Part shown: positions 1-10,066 of the stretch, piece by piece | Layout of the letters: every line of letters starts with the position of its first letter | How positions within the stretch are numbered: position 1 is the stretch's first letter | Source of the DNA: an uncultured Candidatus Saccharibacteria bacterium | GTDB taxonomy: Bacteria; Patescibacteriota; WWE3; UBA101185; 2-01-FULL-41-18 | Length of the DNA stretch: 64,000 nucleotides | NCBI GenBank assembly: GCA_964636285.1 | Contig: CAZWQF010000002.1 | Span: 9,669 to 73,668 of the forward strand | Reading direction: 5' to 3' | Made by a program: the position numbers and the translations under genes | Notes under the pieces: generated by a model | Database searches by the model: none | Told to the model about the DNA's origin: nothing | What the model saw: the letters and a program-made list of their open reading frames with translations, nothing else

Positions 1-200
1 GCAACTTCATTTGGTAAAAGCGATCTTGGTTGACCAACAAAACCATGAGTATAACTCTTCTGAGGTGACAAAGTGAATATTAATGAGGATATAAAAACCA
101 AAATGCTTTTAAAAACAGTCATATATTAACCTTCTGATTATAGCAAAGACTCAGAAATATGCTCTAACCTATACCTTTGTTTTTGCCTAGTCTAGAGCAT

Positions 201-228
201 TTTGCAAGCATTGAATTCATGATATAAT
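201..228 (+). promoter_or_regulatory. Candidate sigma70-like promoter (TTTGCA-16nt-TATAAT) about 20 nt upstream of the first ORF
   Basis: A TTTGCA hexamer at 201-206 and a TATAAT hexamer at 223-228, read directly from the sequence. Spacing is acceptable. No experimental support. Confidence 0.3.
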
Positions 229-247
229 TCTCGCGGTTTTTAAATGC

Positions 248-718
248 ATGGTAAAATGTGCACTTGTGATGAAATATAAAAAGGCATTAATTACTGTTCT
301 CCTGCTTGTCTTAGTTCTTTCAGGTTTAAATATTTACGCCGGTAGAGAAAGTATCAAAGCTTTTCTAGCTAAAGGCAAACTTATTAAACAAGAAGAACCT
401 TTTACAGAGCTGTATTTTATAGATCCTGATTCCCTTAATCATGAACTAACAGAGGATGAGTCTGTAGAGTTTAAATTTAGGGTGTACAACATGGAAAATA
501 AGCCGACTAGATACTCTTGGAAAGCAACACTAATTCCAATGGAGGAATTTGGTCAGGAATTATCTATTGATTCGGGTCAATTTTTTCTAAATAACGGAGA
601 GTTTAAAGACCAACTAGTATACTTTAGACCAGGAAAGCTAATAGGTAGGCACAAGATTCTAATTGAGCTTCCTGAACTTAAGCAGTCAATTCACTATTTT
701 GTGGTAGGAAAAGAGTAA
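248..718 (+). CDS. Hypothetical N-terminally membrane-anchored/secreted protein
   Basis: ORF with a hydrophobic N-terminus (LITVLLLVLVLSGLNIYA). No recognisable catalytic motif. First gene of the co-directional glycosyltransferase cluster. Confidence 0.4.
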   Translation: MVKCALVMKYKKALITVLLLVLVLSGLNIYAGRESIKAFLAKGKLIKQEEPFTELYFIDPDSLNHELTEDESVEFKFRVYNMENKPTRYSWKATLIPMEEFGQELSIDSGQFFLNNGEFKDQLVYFRPGKLIGRHKILIELPELKQSIHYFVVGKE

Positions 719-721
719 TTT

Positions 722-1427
722 ATGAAGAAAGTAACAGTATTAATACCTTGTCATAACGAAGAAGAAGGAATTGGTAAAGTAATTAAGTCCATTCCTGTTG
801 ATTACCTCAAACAAATGGGTCTCAAGACTGAGATATATGTAATCGATAACAATTCTACAGACAAAACAGTTCAAGTAGCCAAAGCTGCAGGCGCAAATGT
901 CATCCATGAAAGAAATAAGGGTAAAGGAAATGCAATGCTTTTAGGATTTAAAAAGTTTCCTAAGGATTCTGACTACGTGGTTATGATGGACGGAGATAAC
1001 ACATACAAGGGTCAGGAGATGTATAGACTGTTAGAGCCGTTAATCAATGGATTTGGAGACGTTATCATAGGGTCAAGAATTACAGGAAAGATGCTTGATA
1101 AGTCATTTAAGGTACAAAATAGAATTGCCAACTGGGCGTACGCCTTTTTTGTCAGAACTTTTTACCACACTAATGTCACTGATGTGCTTAGTGGGTATTT
1201 TGCCTGGAAAAGAGAGGCGCTAGAAGATCTTGCACCCCATATTACATCGGCGGGTTTTACGCTTGAAATGGAGATGGTCACAAAATGTTGAAGCTTGGGC
1301 ATGAAGTATATTCTGTTCCAATTACCTATGATCGAAGAGATGGAGAATCCAAAATTGAAACAATAAAAGATGGATTAAGAATTTTAGATCAATTGTTCAG
1401 AAACATATTCTGGAGCCCAAAAAAATA
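722..1427 (+). CDS. GT2 glycosyltransferase (dolichyl-phosphate mannose synthase-like), interrupted by an apparent -1 frameshift near 1283-1290
   Basis: The N-terminus has the GT2 signature (VLIPCHNEE...VIDNNSTD...DGDNTY). The ORF stops at 1291, but the next frame continues with the expected C-terminus (LKLGHEVYSVPITYDRRDGESKIETIKDGLRIL...) to 1427. The junction lies in an A4 homopolymer (acaaaatgttg). This is a sequencing indel, a pseudogene or real slippage. Confidence 0.6.
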
Positions 1428-1434
1428 ACCTCCA

Positions 1435-2601
1435 ATGACAAAAATTGAACAACCTCACTCAAAACTAAAAATTGCCTTTGTAAGCGATGGTATTTACCAA
1501 TTTAATAAAGGTGGTAAAGAAAAAAGGCTTTACGATATTACAAAAAGGCTTGCGGAGTTGGGTTATGAAATTCATGTATATACTATGAATTGGTGGGGCG
1601 TAAAAAATGGAGAGGTGTTCACTGAAGATGGCGTGGTTTTCCATCCCATATGCCCATATTTGCCTCTGTACAGCGGCTCTAGAAGGTCTATAGCACAAGG
1701 AATTATCTTTGGCATATCCTGCTTTAAGCTTTTATTTGAAGACTTTGATGTACTTGATGTGGATCACATGCCATACTTCCCTATTTTTTCGTCAAAAATA
1801 GTTTGCATTTTAAAAAGAAAGAAGCTTGTAGGCATTTGGAATGAGGTGTGGGGGCTTGAGTATTGGAAAAGCTACCTAGGGTTTTTGGGAATAATTCCTG
1901 CAATTATGGAGCGAGTAATGGTGTATTTACCTGATAAGATCGTTTCTATTTCACAGATGACCACCAATAAACTTTTGAAGATGGATAGAAGGCTCAATGT
2001 AGAAACGATAGGTATTGGGACAGATATAGAATCAATTTCTAGAATTAAGGGCTCTAAAGATACAAGGGACATTATATTTTCAGGAAGACTTTTAAAACAT
2101 AAAAATGCCCACATGCTAATTGAGGCAGTCTCAATTTTAAAGTCGGAGTTTCCTGATATTAACTGTGCTATCACGGGAGATGGGCCTGAAAAAGAACCAT
2201 TAAATAGGCAGGTTACCAAACTTAAACTTAATAAAAATGTTAAACTTACAGGGTTCATTAAAAATCATGATGATCTTCTTTCGATGATAAAAAGTACCAA
2301 AGTTTTTGTGCTTCCATCAGAAAGAGAAGGCTTTGGAATTGCCGTTATTGAGGCAAATGCCTGCTCCACACCTGCAATAACTATTGACTCAGAGAACAAT
2401 GCTTCAAGATTTTTGATAAACCAAGGGGTTAATGGGTATGTTGCTGAGGGTAACGCAAAGGGGCTTGCCAGTACAATCAAAATGGCGTTTGTAAATGAAT
2501 CAAACCTTAGAAAAGGATCTATAAAAGAAGCTGTTAAATATAGCTGGAAAAATATAATCTTGAGTTTAGAGAAGGTTTATATTGAATATGCAGCAAAATA
2601 A
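1435..2601 (+). CDS. GT4-family glycosyltransferase
   Basis: A C-terminal EX7E-type motif region (FVLPSEREGFGIAVIEANACSTPAIT) typical of retaining GT-B (GT4) enzymes. Confidence 0.75.
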   Translation: MTKIEQPHSKLKIAFVSDGIYQFNKGGKEKRLYDITKRLAELGYEIHVYTMNWWGVKNGEVFTEDGVVFHPICPYLPLYSGSRRSIAQGIIFGISCFKLLFEDFDVLDVDHMPYFPIFSSKIVCILKRKKLVGIWNEVWGLEYWKSYLGFLGIIPAIMERVMVYLPDKIVSISQMTTNKLLKMDRRLNVETIGIGTDIESISRIKGSKDTRDIIFSGRLLKHKNAHMLIEAVSILKSEFPDINCAITGDGPEKEPLNRQVTKLKLNKNVKLTGFIKNHDDLLSMIKSTKVFVLPSEREGFGIAVIEANACSTPAITIDSENNASRFLINQGVNGYVAEGNAKGLASTIKMAFVNESNLRKGSIKEAVKYSWKNIILSLEKVYIEYAAK

Positions 2602-3694
2602 AGACGTTTTCATTATATCAACGTATCCCCCAACTCCAGGAGGTATAAGCAACTTTACAAAAAGGACTGTGTGTTCGCTTAGAGATATTGGTGTCACTGT
2701 AAACATCACACCTTTCACTGGAGTTTTAAGCGCTTTCTCTATTTTTAAAAGTATAATTAGTTTAAAGCCTTCTAATATAAGAATGGAGTATGACATCAGT
2801 ACGTACGGAGCTTCAGGACCTTTGCTTATTGCTGGTGTTTGGGCATTAAAAAAGCTACAAGGTTACAAGCTCTTTTTTAATTTTCATGAAGTTACTAGAG
2901 ACTTAGAGCACTTAAAAATGCTTGGTAGGGTTTACTACACATTGATAGCCAACTTCTGCGATTATATAACTGTTCATACTTATGAATCTAAAAATACATT
3001 GATATCAAAATGTAGGGTTAGTGCTGACAGAATTTATGTAATTCCTTTAGGCACAATGAACAAAGATCTTTCAATCACAAATAAAGAAGAAATGTTTGCA
3101 AGATACGCTCTTGAGGGTAACTACTTTTTATTCATAGGATTTATACATCCACAAAAAGGAATTGAAAACTTTATCAAGGCTTCAAAAGAGCTTGAAAGAC
3201 TAAATAAAGAAGCTTTTGACCGAATGAGCTTTGTGATTGCAGGTGGTGTGAGGCCAAGAAAAGGAGTATTCAAGATTTTTCAAAGAGCTGATAACTTATA
3301 TTTTGAGTCATTAAAAAGGTTAGTAGTAGATCTAGGACTTCAAGAAAAAGTTAAATTTTTAGGGTACATTGAGGATAAATTTTTCTCTTCCTTAATTATT
3401 AATTCAGAAGCCGTAGTTATACCTTATGTAAAAACAGAGCAAAGCGGTGTTCTAAATCAAGTTCTCCCCTACCAAGTACCCATTATTGCTTCCAACATTG
3501 GTGGGTTAGGTGAGACACTTAGGGATTTTGGGATGCTTGTTGAAAAAGATGACTTTGAGAAGATCGCAACCTTTATGAACGAACTAATCACCGATAGGAC
3601 AAAGAAAACAGCACTACTTGAAGGTTATAAAAAGTTAAACTCTGAGCTTGAGCCAGCAAACATAGCAAAAATGTTTGAAGAAAGGCTTGTATGA
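2582..3694 (+). CDS. GT4-family glycosyltransferase
   Basis: GT-B architecture with a conserved C-terminal sugar-donor binding region (VIPYVKTEQSGVLNQVL...IASNIGGLGE). Overlaps the neighbouring genes, suggesting translational coupling. Confidence 0.65.
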   Translation: MNMQQNKDVFIISTYPPTPGGISNFTKRTVCSLRDIGVTVNITPFTGVLSAFSIFKSIISLKPSNIRMEYDISTYGASGPLLIAGVWALKKLQGYKLFFNFHEVTRDLEHLKMLGRVYYTLIANFCDYITVHTYESKNTLISKCRVSADRIYVIPLGTMNKDLSITNKEEMFARYALEGNYFLFIGFIHPQKGIENFIKASKELERLNKEAFDRMSFVIAGGVRPRKGVFKIFQRADNLYFESLKRLVVDLGLQEKVKFLGYIEDKFFSSLIINSEAVVIPYVKTEQSGVLNQVLPYQVPIIASNIGGLGETLRDFGMLVEKDDFEKIATFMNELITDRTKKTALLEGYKKLNSELEPANIAKMFEERLV

Positions 3695-4593
3695 TTTCAA
3701 TTGTAATAATTGTTAAAAATGACCCTAAGCTTGAGGATACACTTTATGCATTACAAAAAATTACCAAACCAGAGGAAACTGAAATTATTGTAATAGATGC
3801 ATCAACAAAAGACTTTGGAATCAGAGAAAAATTCCAAGATGTAAAATATATTCCTTTTAAAGGAGACGGAGTAAAAAGATACACTATTCCAGAGCAAAGG
3901 AATGCAGGAATCAACTCTGCAAAAGGTGACATTATTGTCTTTATTGATTCAAGTTGTATTCCAACAGACGAATGGCTTGTAGAACTTGTTAAACCAATCA
4001 GAGAAGAATCTGAAGAGATTGTTTCAGGCTCGACGTTCTCTACAAATAAGCAGACATTAAATGACCTGGATCATATTAAAAAGGCAGGACTTAAGTACAT
4101 TGAAGAGTGTGCAACTATCAATTTAGCTTTCAAAAAATCCTTAACTGAAAAGATAGGGATGTTTGATGAGAGATTTGATTATGGGTCGGATGTAGATTTT
4201 TCTTGGAGAGTAAGAGACGCCGGAGTTAATATTAGGTATGCTCCTTCAGCAAAAATAACTCACGATTGGGGTGATGTTAACCAAGAGTTTAAAAGAACAT
4301 TAGTTTATGGTCAGGCAAGAGCAAGGCTTTACCTTAAACACAGAAATAGGATACAAAGCATTCCATCCATAGATCCAGTCATGTTTGTATACCCAATCCT
4401 AATAGTTTCTTCTCCAGGGATTCTGCTAATCCCCTGGTTCTGGCTTGCATTCATCTTGATTAATATTCTACTTGTAATTAAAAACATAAAGGATCCAAAA
4501 CCTGTGTATATTATTGTTAAGCACTACATTTACGGTTTTGGGGTGTTGAAAGAGATTGTTAGGCATATATTCAAGCAAGGTTATGGGTCATAA
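3691..4593 (+). CDS. GT2-family glycosyltransferase
   Basis: An N-terminal GT-A motif (ISIVIIVKN...IIVIDASTKD...DSSC) with DxD-like acidic residues. Confidence 0.65.
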   Translation: MISIVIIVKNDPKLEDTLYALQKITKPEETEIIVIDASTKDFGIREKFQDVKYIPFKGDGVKRYTIPEQRNAGINSAKGDIIVFIDSSCIPTDEWLVELVKPIREESEEIVSGSTFSTNKQTLNDLDHIKKAGLKYIEECATINLAFKKSLTEKIGMFDERFDYGSDVDFSWRVRDAGVNIRYAPSAKITHDWGDVNQEFKRTLVYGQARARLYLKHRNRIQSIPSIDPVMFVYPILIVSSPGILLIPWFWLAFILINILLVIKNIKDPKPVYIIVKHYIYGFGVLKEIVRHIFKQGYGS

Positions 4594-6820
4594 AATTAAA
4601 CACTTTTTGACAATAATGTTACTCCCTCTGGCATTGGTACTGTTTAATGTTGCAGTTTTAAAATCATGGATTTCACCAATTCTTAGAATTCCATTCTCAT
4701 TTTTATTTTTATTTTTTCTCCCTGGATACCTAATTTTAAGAATAATAAATATTCAGCATGAAGAAAAACAGGAAAAGTTTTTCCTTTCAGTAATTTTAAG
4801 TATTAGCTTTGTCACAATCGTAGGTCTTATATTTAATACCGCGCTTCCTTATCTTGGTATAAAACGCCCTCTTGATGTTGAAAATATATTGCCTTGGTTT
4901 ACTGGAGTTTTAATCGTCATGTATTTTTACTTAGTTAAAGCTAAACTTTTAAATTTTGAGCTCAAGGGAAGATTCCAAAGGTTTAACCCAATAGATTTGC
5001 TAGGTTATTTTTTGCCCATGCTCGCTTTAGGTTTTTCAATTGCTGGGGCTACAATAATTAACAATGGGGGCGGAAATTTACTTTCCTATGCTGTTGTTGT
5101 TTCAATTTTTATTCTTGTTGTTTCAACAATTATTGCGCCTCGTCTATATTTAAATGCCTTCACTGTTTACGCAATTTCGCTTAGTCTTCAATATCTCTAC
5201 TCCCTTAGAAGTTGGTATGTGCTAGGTTACGATATAAATCAGGAGCTCAGGATTTTTAATTTAACTAAGGCGTACGGTCACTGGGATCTTGGGATTTTAA
5301 AGGAGGCTTACAATACTTGTTTGAGCATAAATCTTCTTCCCGCAATTCTCACAGATGTTGCGGGTATTAGCGAAAACACCTTTTTCAAACTAGTAATCCC
5401 TGCTATTAGCTGTCTTACGGTGGCTTTAATTTATCTAATGGGGAAGAAATTTATTAAGCCTCAAGCCGCATTTTTAGGGGCTTTTTTCTTTTCGGTTCAA
5501 AATCAGTTTCTTCAGCAGATGCCTGCATTAGGAAGGCAAAGTGTTGCAATCACATTTTTTACACTTGCTATTTATTCGCTATTTATTGGTAAACCTCTAA
5601 ACAGAAAAAGAGACATAATTTACATACTAGCTATTATTTCAATGGTTCTGTCTCACTACTCAACAACATATGTAGGCACCGTATCAATCATTGCTGCATA
5701 CTTTGTTCTACTCCTACTTAAAGTTTTAACAAAGGACTACTCTGCTCAAAGGCTCACACTAAGTCTTGTTGTTATAACATTTACAATTGCGTTTTTATGG
5801 AACACTCTTTTAACCGAAAATGTAAAGGGACTTGAGGCAACTCTTAGAAAGTCTGTACACAACATTAGTACTTCTTTTACGAGTGACATGAAAAGCGAAA
5901 CCGTAAAGAAGGCCTTATTTATATCTGAAGAAAACAAAGATGAGATACTTCAAGAATTCTATTCAAAAACTAAAGAAAAATATGCTCCACTTCCTGAGAG
6001 AGTAGTTGATGGGTATGAACCTTATATAATTGACACTGACTCGCTTTTGCCAATATTTGATTATCCAATGGTAACAAGGTATTTTGGCATGGCGTTACCT
6101 ATATTCTTTAGGCTTGCATTGCTTGCAGGCGTTTTAATCATGGGTATCCTTTTAATTAAGGGAAAGCTAGAACGTGAATACTCTGCTTTCAGTATTGTCT
6201 TTTTAGGTTTAGTAATTTTGATGCTTGTTCTTCCTAGTGTTTCGGTAGATTACAACTTAGAGAGGCTTTACCAGCAAGGTTTAATTTTACTGTCTATGCC
6301 TATTGTCATTGGAGCTTTGTTCTTTTTTAAATCTCTTGGTGAAAGATTTTCCATGGTGTTAGTCTCGTTCGTAATATTCTCATATTTACTTCTTAACATT
6401 GGAATTATCGAAAGAGTTTTTAACGGTACCCCTTCGGTGATATTTGAAAATATGGGAGGACATTATGATAGATACTATGTTTCTGCACCTGAAGTGGCAG
6501 GAGCAAAGAGGCTTCAAAAATTTATTAATTCTTACGATTTGAGCATAACAAGATCTGATAGGTACGGGTTTTTGAGAGTACTTGGATATACAAACCTTAG
6601 CTTAACTAGTTTTAGTTCGGATGTATTTCCTGAAACCCTTCAAGATGGAAGTTATGTTTATTTGTCAAAAACAAATGTACAAAAAAGCACAGCGTACGGT
6701 CTCTATAAGGATTACGTATTTAGCTATAATTACCCAATCAAGTACTTAGATTTGCAGAAAGACTTGCTTTATAGCAATAACAGTTCGCGAATTTATAGAG
6801 GAGCTCCAAGTGAAAATTAA
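4556..6820 (+). CDS. Large polytopic membrane protein; putative GT-C-type glycosyltransferase/polymerase with a C-terminal extracytoplasmic domain
   Basis: 754 aa with more than 12 predicted TM helices, then a roughly 250-aa soluble tail. Embedded among glycosyltransferases. Fold assignment is inference. Confidence 0.4.
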   Translation: MLGIYSSKVMGHKIKHFLTIMLLPLALVLFNVAVLKSWISPILRIPFSFLFLFFLPGYLILRIINIQHEEKQEKFFLSVILSISFVTIVGLIFNTALPYLGIKRPLDVENILPWFTGVLIVMYFYLVKAKLLNFELKGRFQRFNPIDLLGYFLPMLALGFSIAGATIINNGGGNLLSYAVVVSIFILVVSTIIAPRLYLNAFTVYAISLSLQYLYSLRSWYVLGYDINQELRIFNLTKAYGHWDLGILKEAYNTCLSINLLPAILTDVAGISENTFFKLVIPAISCLTVALIYLMGKKFIKPQAAFLGAFFFSVQNQFLQQMPALGRQSVAITFFTLAIYSLFIGKPLNRKRDIIYILAIISMVLSHYSTTYVGTVSIIAAYFVLLLLKVLTKDYSAQRLTLSLVVITFTIAFLWNTLLTENVKGLEATLRKSVHNISTSFTSDMKSETVKKALFISEENKDEILQEFYSKTKEKYAPLPERVVDGYEPYIIDTDSLLPIFDYPMVTRYFGMALPIFFRLALLAGVLIMGILLIKGKLEREYSAFSIVFLGLVILMLVLPSVSVDYNLERLYQQGLILLSMPIVIGALFFFKSLGERFSMVLVSFVIFSYLLLNIGIIERVFNGTPSVIFENMGGHYDRYYVSAPEVAGAKRLQKFINSYDLSITRSDRYGFLRVLGYTNLSLTSFSSDVFPETLQDGSYVYLSKTNVQKSTAYGLYKDYVFSYNYPIKYLDLQKDLLYSNNSSRIYRGAPSEN

Positions 6821-7898
6821 AGTACTAATTTATCCTAAAGAGCCAAACCCATATCAAGAACTGCTATATAGGCGTATACGAGAAAAAGGAATTCCCTGTA
6901 AATACTTCACAAGTTCGTTTGTTGAAAAGCATGGCTTCATTTATGGAATCCCCTCTATGCCATTTAGACTTCTATTTAAAAGACTTACTGGTTCAAACAT
7001 ATTTCACTTGCATTGGGCATATCACTTTTTGATTCCAATTCCAGGCAAAATTGGGAGATATTTGTCATCCCTGTATGCAATTTATTTTTTATTTTTTGTT
7101 AAGCTTTTTGGATTTAAGCTAGTGTGGACAGTTCACAATATAATGCCTCACGAGAATCAATTTCATAATGACAAATTAATCTATAACTTATTTTATGCTT
7201 TAGCTGACGCGAAAATTGTTCATACGGAGGAGACTATTAAAAGACTTGCGGATAAAGGATTTGATTCAAAAAACACATATGTTATTGAAATTGGAAATTA
7301 TCTAGGGTTATATCAAAACACAATATCTAAGGAAGAAGCAAGAAAAAAACTTGAAATTGATGCAAAAGATTACGTTTTTTTGTTTATTGGAATGGTAAAA
7401 AAGTACAAAGGAATTCAAGACCTATTAAAAACCTATTCGTATTTACTAGGTAAAAAGCATTTAAAGGATACAAAACTGATAATTGCTGGAAAGCCTTTTG
7501 ATACTGAAACTACAGAGTTCATTAGCAACTTTGCAAAGGAGGAACCAAGTATACTACCTACTTTAAAATATATTCCAGATAATGAACTACAAGTCTATCT
7601 CAATGCATGTAATTCTGTTGTACTTCCATTTAAAGATATAACAACAACCAGCTCTGCACTTCTTGCCTTTGGATTTAAGAGAGCCGTTGTAGCTCCTCTA
7701 ATAGGTGCTATTACAACATTTCCACAAGACACAGGATACTACTATGATAAGTCTGAAGGCTTAATCAAAGGCTTGCAAGACGCATACAAGAACGGTACTT
7801 CAAACAAAGGTGAAAATGCATTTGAGTATGTTAAAACTCTAAAATGGGAGAACTCTGCAGAAAAAACAATAAATCTTTACAATCTAATTATCAAATAA
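6810..7898 (+). CDS. GT-B (GT4-like) glycosyltransferase
   Basis: C-terminal half resembles the GT4 donor-binding domain (LIIAGKPFDTETTEF...VVLPFKDITTTSSALLAFGF). Confidence 0.55.
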   Translation: MKIKVLIYPKEPNPYQELLYRRIREKGIPCKYFTSSFVEKHGFIYGIPSMPFRLLFKRLTGSNIFHLHWAYHFLIPIPGKIGRYLSSLYAIYFLFFVKLFGFKLVWTVHNIMPHENQFHNDKLIYNLFYALADAKIVHTEETIKRLADKGFDSKNTYVIEIGNYLGLYQNTISKEEARKKLEIDAKDYVFLFIGMVKKYKGIQDLLKTYSYLLGKKHLKDTKLIIAGKPFDTETTEFISNFAKEEPSILPTLKYIPDNELQVYLNACNSVVLPFKDITTTSSALLAFGFKRAVVAPLIGAITTFPQDTGYYYDKSEGLIKGLQDAYKNGTSNKGENAFEYVKTLKWENSAEKTINLYNLIIK

Positions 7899-9122
7899 GT
7901 TTTTATTAGTAATAAAGTAGTACACATAGAACGCGTTAACAACTAAATGGGCACTTACATACGCAAGTCCGATTCCCGTAAGGCCTAATTTAATAAGCAA
8001 ATACGAACCGGTGAGGAGTACTGTGGCATAAAGAATACTAATTTTTGTTACCAAAAACGATCTCTTCTTATAATTTAGGAATGCAGCTGACAAGGAGTTT
8101 AATGATGAAAATATTGTAGAAACTGCCAAAAGTGCAAGAAGTGGGTAGGCATTTAAAGCGTATTCCTTACCAAACGCGAGCAGAATGAATTTTCCAAATA
8201 CAATAAGTAGCAAAGCAGCGGGAATTACTAAGGTACCAATAAATTTTAAGGTCTTAGTAAATAGGAACTTAATATCAACCTTTCCACCAGAGCTTACTGC
8301 AAGAAACGAACTGGAAGATGAACTTGGAATGGACGCAAGGGCGGTGTTTACCATTGTAGAAAAATAAAAGTAGGCAGCATATTTTGCCCCAAGAAAATTA
8401 ATAATTATTAAAGGCAAGATCGAGCCTATTGTTGTACCTGCTATACCGGAAATATAGTTATGAAACGAATATTTTGACATTCGTAAGAGAGCTTCAAGTG
8501 AAAATGCTGGTTTTGGCTTGATCTGGAAGTATAAAATTAAAAAAATAAATCCAGCTAGCGTAATGAAGACTGCCGGTAGTATAAACGAATACATTAACCC
8601 CACAAAACCAAGTGAATAAAAAGCAAAAATTAGAGCTATTTTGAGAATACCAAAGGTAAATCCTCTAATAAAAACAAACTGAGATGATTTAAAGGCTGTA
8701 AAAGTTGCGTCTAGAATATTATTTAATGAAGTAAATACTGCAATTAAGGTGAAAATTAGAACTAATTGAGCGCTGTTTATTACCACATGAAGTTTTGGAG
8801 AAAAAAACTCTAAAAATTGAACATATATTAGACAGGTAATAACAGTAGATATAAGGCTTAAAATTACTACGCTATTTATTTTCCTTTCTTTCTGAGTTGA
8901 ATCAGGCAAAAATCTAAGTAAACCACTCTCTGTCCCTAATAACCCAAGGTTTGCCATAAGGTTTGCAGCGCCTAGAAGAGCCGTTGCATTTCCAATTGTA
9001 GTGGAGTCAAAAAACCTGGTAGCAATTATCCAAAACAAAAAACCAAAGCCGCTTAATGCAGCAGTGTTTAGCATCAGAAACAATGAATTTCTATATATTG
9101 GATCTTTGAAAAATTTATTCAT
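7884..9122 (-). CDS. Wzx-like oligosaccharide/polysaccharide flippase (MOP/PST family)
   Basis: 412 aa with about 12 TM helices. The N-terminal motif (SLFLMLNTAALSGFGFLFWIIATRF) is typical of polysaccharide-biosynthesis (PST) transporters. Confidence 0.65.
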   Translation of the reverse strand: MNKFFKDPIYRNSLFLMLNTAALSGFGFLFWIIATRFFDSTTIGNATALLGAANLMANLGLLGTESGLLRFLPDSTQKERKINSVVILSLISTVITCLIYVQFLEFFSPKLHVVINSAQLVLIFTLIAVFTSLNNILDATFTAFKSSQFVFIRGFTFGILKIALIFAFYSLGFVGLMYSFILPAVFITLAGFIFLILYFQIKPKPAFSLEALLRMSKYSFHNYISGIAGTTIGSILPLIIINFLGAKYAAYFYFSTMVNTALASIPSSSSSSFLAVSSGGKVDIKFLFTKTLKFIGTLVIPAALLLIVFGKFILLAFGKEYALNAYPLLALLAVSTIFSSLNSLSAAFLNYKKRSFLVTKISILYATVLLTGSYLLIKLGLTGIGLAYVSAHLVVNAFYVYYFITNKNLFDN

Positions 9123-10049
9123 TTACCTAGCGACTGGAACCTTTATGTACTTATAGAAGTATGACACAAATATGAAAAAATAAATTAAAAACAAAACCAT
9201 CCCAGCATATGTATGAAACATACCAATAGCTAGGTCTTCAGAATACAGCGCTCCTATTACCACTAGAAGGCTAACTCTCAGAATATTTAGCATAAACACC
9301 CCAATAAATGCGGGTATAAAGAGCAAAAATGCCTTTGTTTTATTAATAAGCTCTATTTCGCTTAGTATCATAAAAATGTATAAAAATGTAAACATAAGCA
9401 TAGAATCAAGGCCTGAGCACGCTTCCCCAACAATAATTGAGAAGTTATTAGCTGTTAGATATAGAGGAGCCTCAATTTCGGCATAGTCTACAAACGGCTT
9501 AATAGCAACAAAAACTATGTTTAGAACAAGTCTGCTTAAAAGTGGCCAAAGCTTCCAAACCTGAAAAATTGCAAAGTATGTAAGTATTGAAAATAATAGG
9601 GAGGTGACTACCTGTTGTCTATAAACATTAAGCACTGATTGGATTGTAAAAAAACCAAAACACCCTAAGAAAATCAAAGTAACAAGTAGCACTAACAGCG
9701 AATGGGAGGCCACAAGTAAAAGAAGTGATTGGTTTGCTTCCTGATACCCTAAAAGTGACATATGAAGCGTGTATACAATGGGAAGCAACATAACCCCAGC
9801 AACAATTAGTATAGAATCAATCCAATCTCTTGGGTAAACCTTAAGGTCTGAAAGCTTTGATTTTGTGAGCATTGATAGGGCAACAATGAAGACAATTAGT
9901 GCCTTTCCCATGTTCCCGTATGTATAAAAATAGCTTCCGTAAAGAAGCCTTGTAGGAATTACCCATGAGCCAATTAAGGCTGAAACAAAGAGAAAAACAG
10001 CAACAAAAACAATTGATCTAAATATAATAGGTTTTAGGCTGCTCTTCAT
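9123..10049 (-). CDS. Exosortase/archaeosortase-family transpeptidase (EpsH-like)
   Basis: About 8 TM helices. Conserved active-site-like motifs are present: EACSG (the Cys of the CSG motif), a downstream NILRVS (Asn...Arg) and HTYAG (His). Sits next to a PEP/PEF-CTERM-like target gene. Confidence 0.6.
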   Translation of the reverse strand: MKSSLKPIIFRSIVFVAVFLFVSALIGSWVIPTRLLYGSYFYTYGNMGKALIVFIVALSMLTKSKLSDLKVYPRDWIDSILIVAGVMLLPIVYTLHMSLLGYQEANQSLLLLVASHSLLVLLVTLIFLGCFGFFTIQSVLNVYRQQVVTSLLFSILTYFAIFQVWKLWPLLSRLVLNIVFVAIKPFVDYAEIEAPLYLTANNFSIIVGEACSGLDSMLMFTFLYIFMILSEIELINKTKAFLLFIPAFIGVFMLNILRVSLLVVIGALYSEDLAIGMFHTYAGMVLFLIYFFIFVSYFYKYIKVPVAR

Positions 10050-10066
10050 GTTAAATCCTTGAAAAA

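Noticed and set aside
1465-2480. Antisense ORFs (1465-1698, 1872-2258, 2265-2480, minus strand) inside the GT4 gene
   Set aside because: They are fully embedded in a well-supported plus-strand glycosyltransferase ORF, have low-complexity hydrophobic translations and show no motifs. They are typical AT-rich shadow ORFs.
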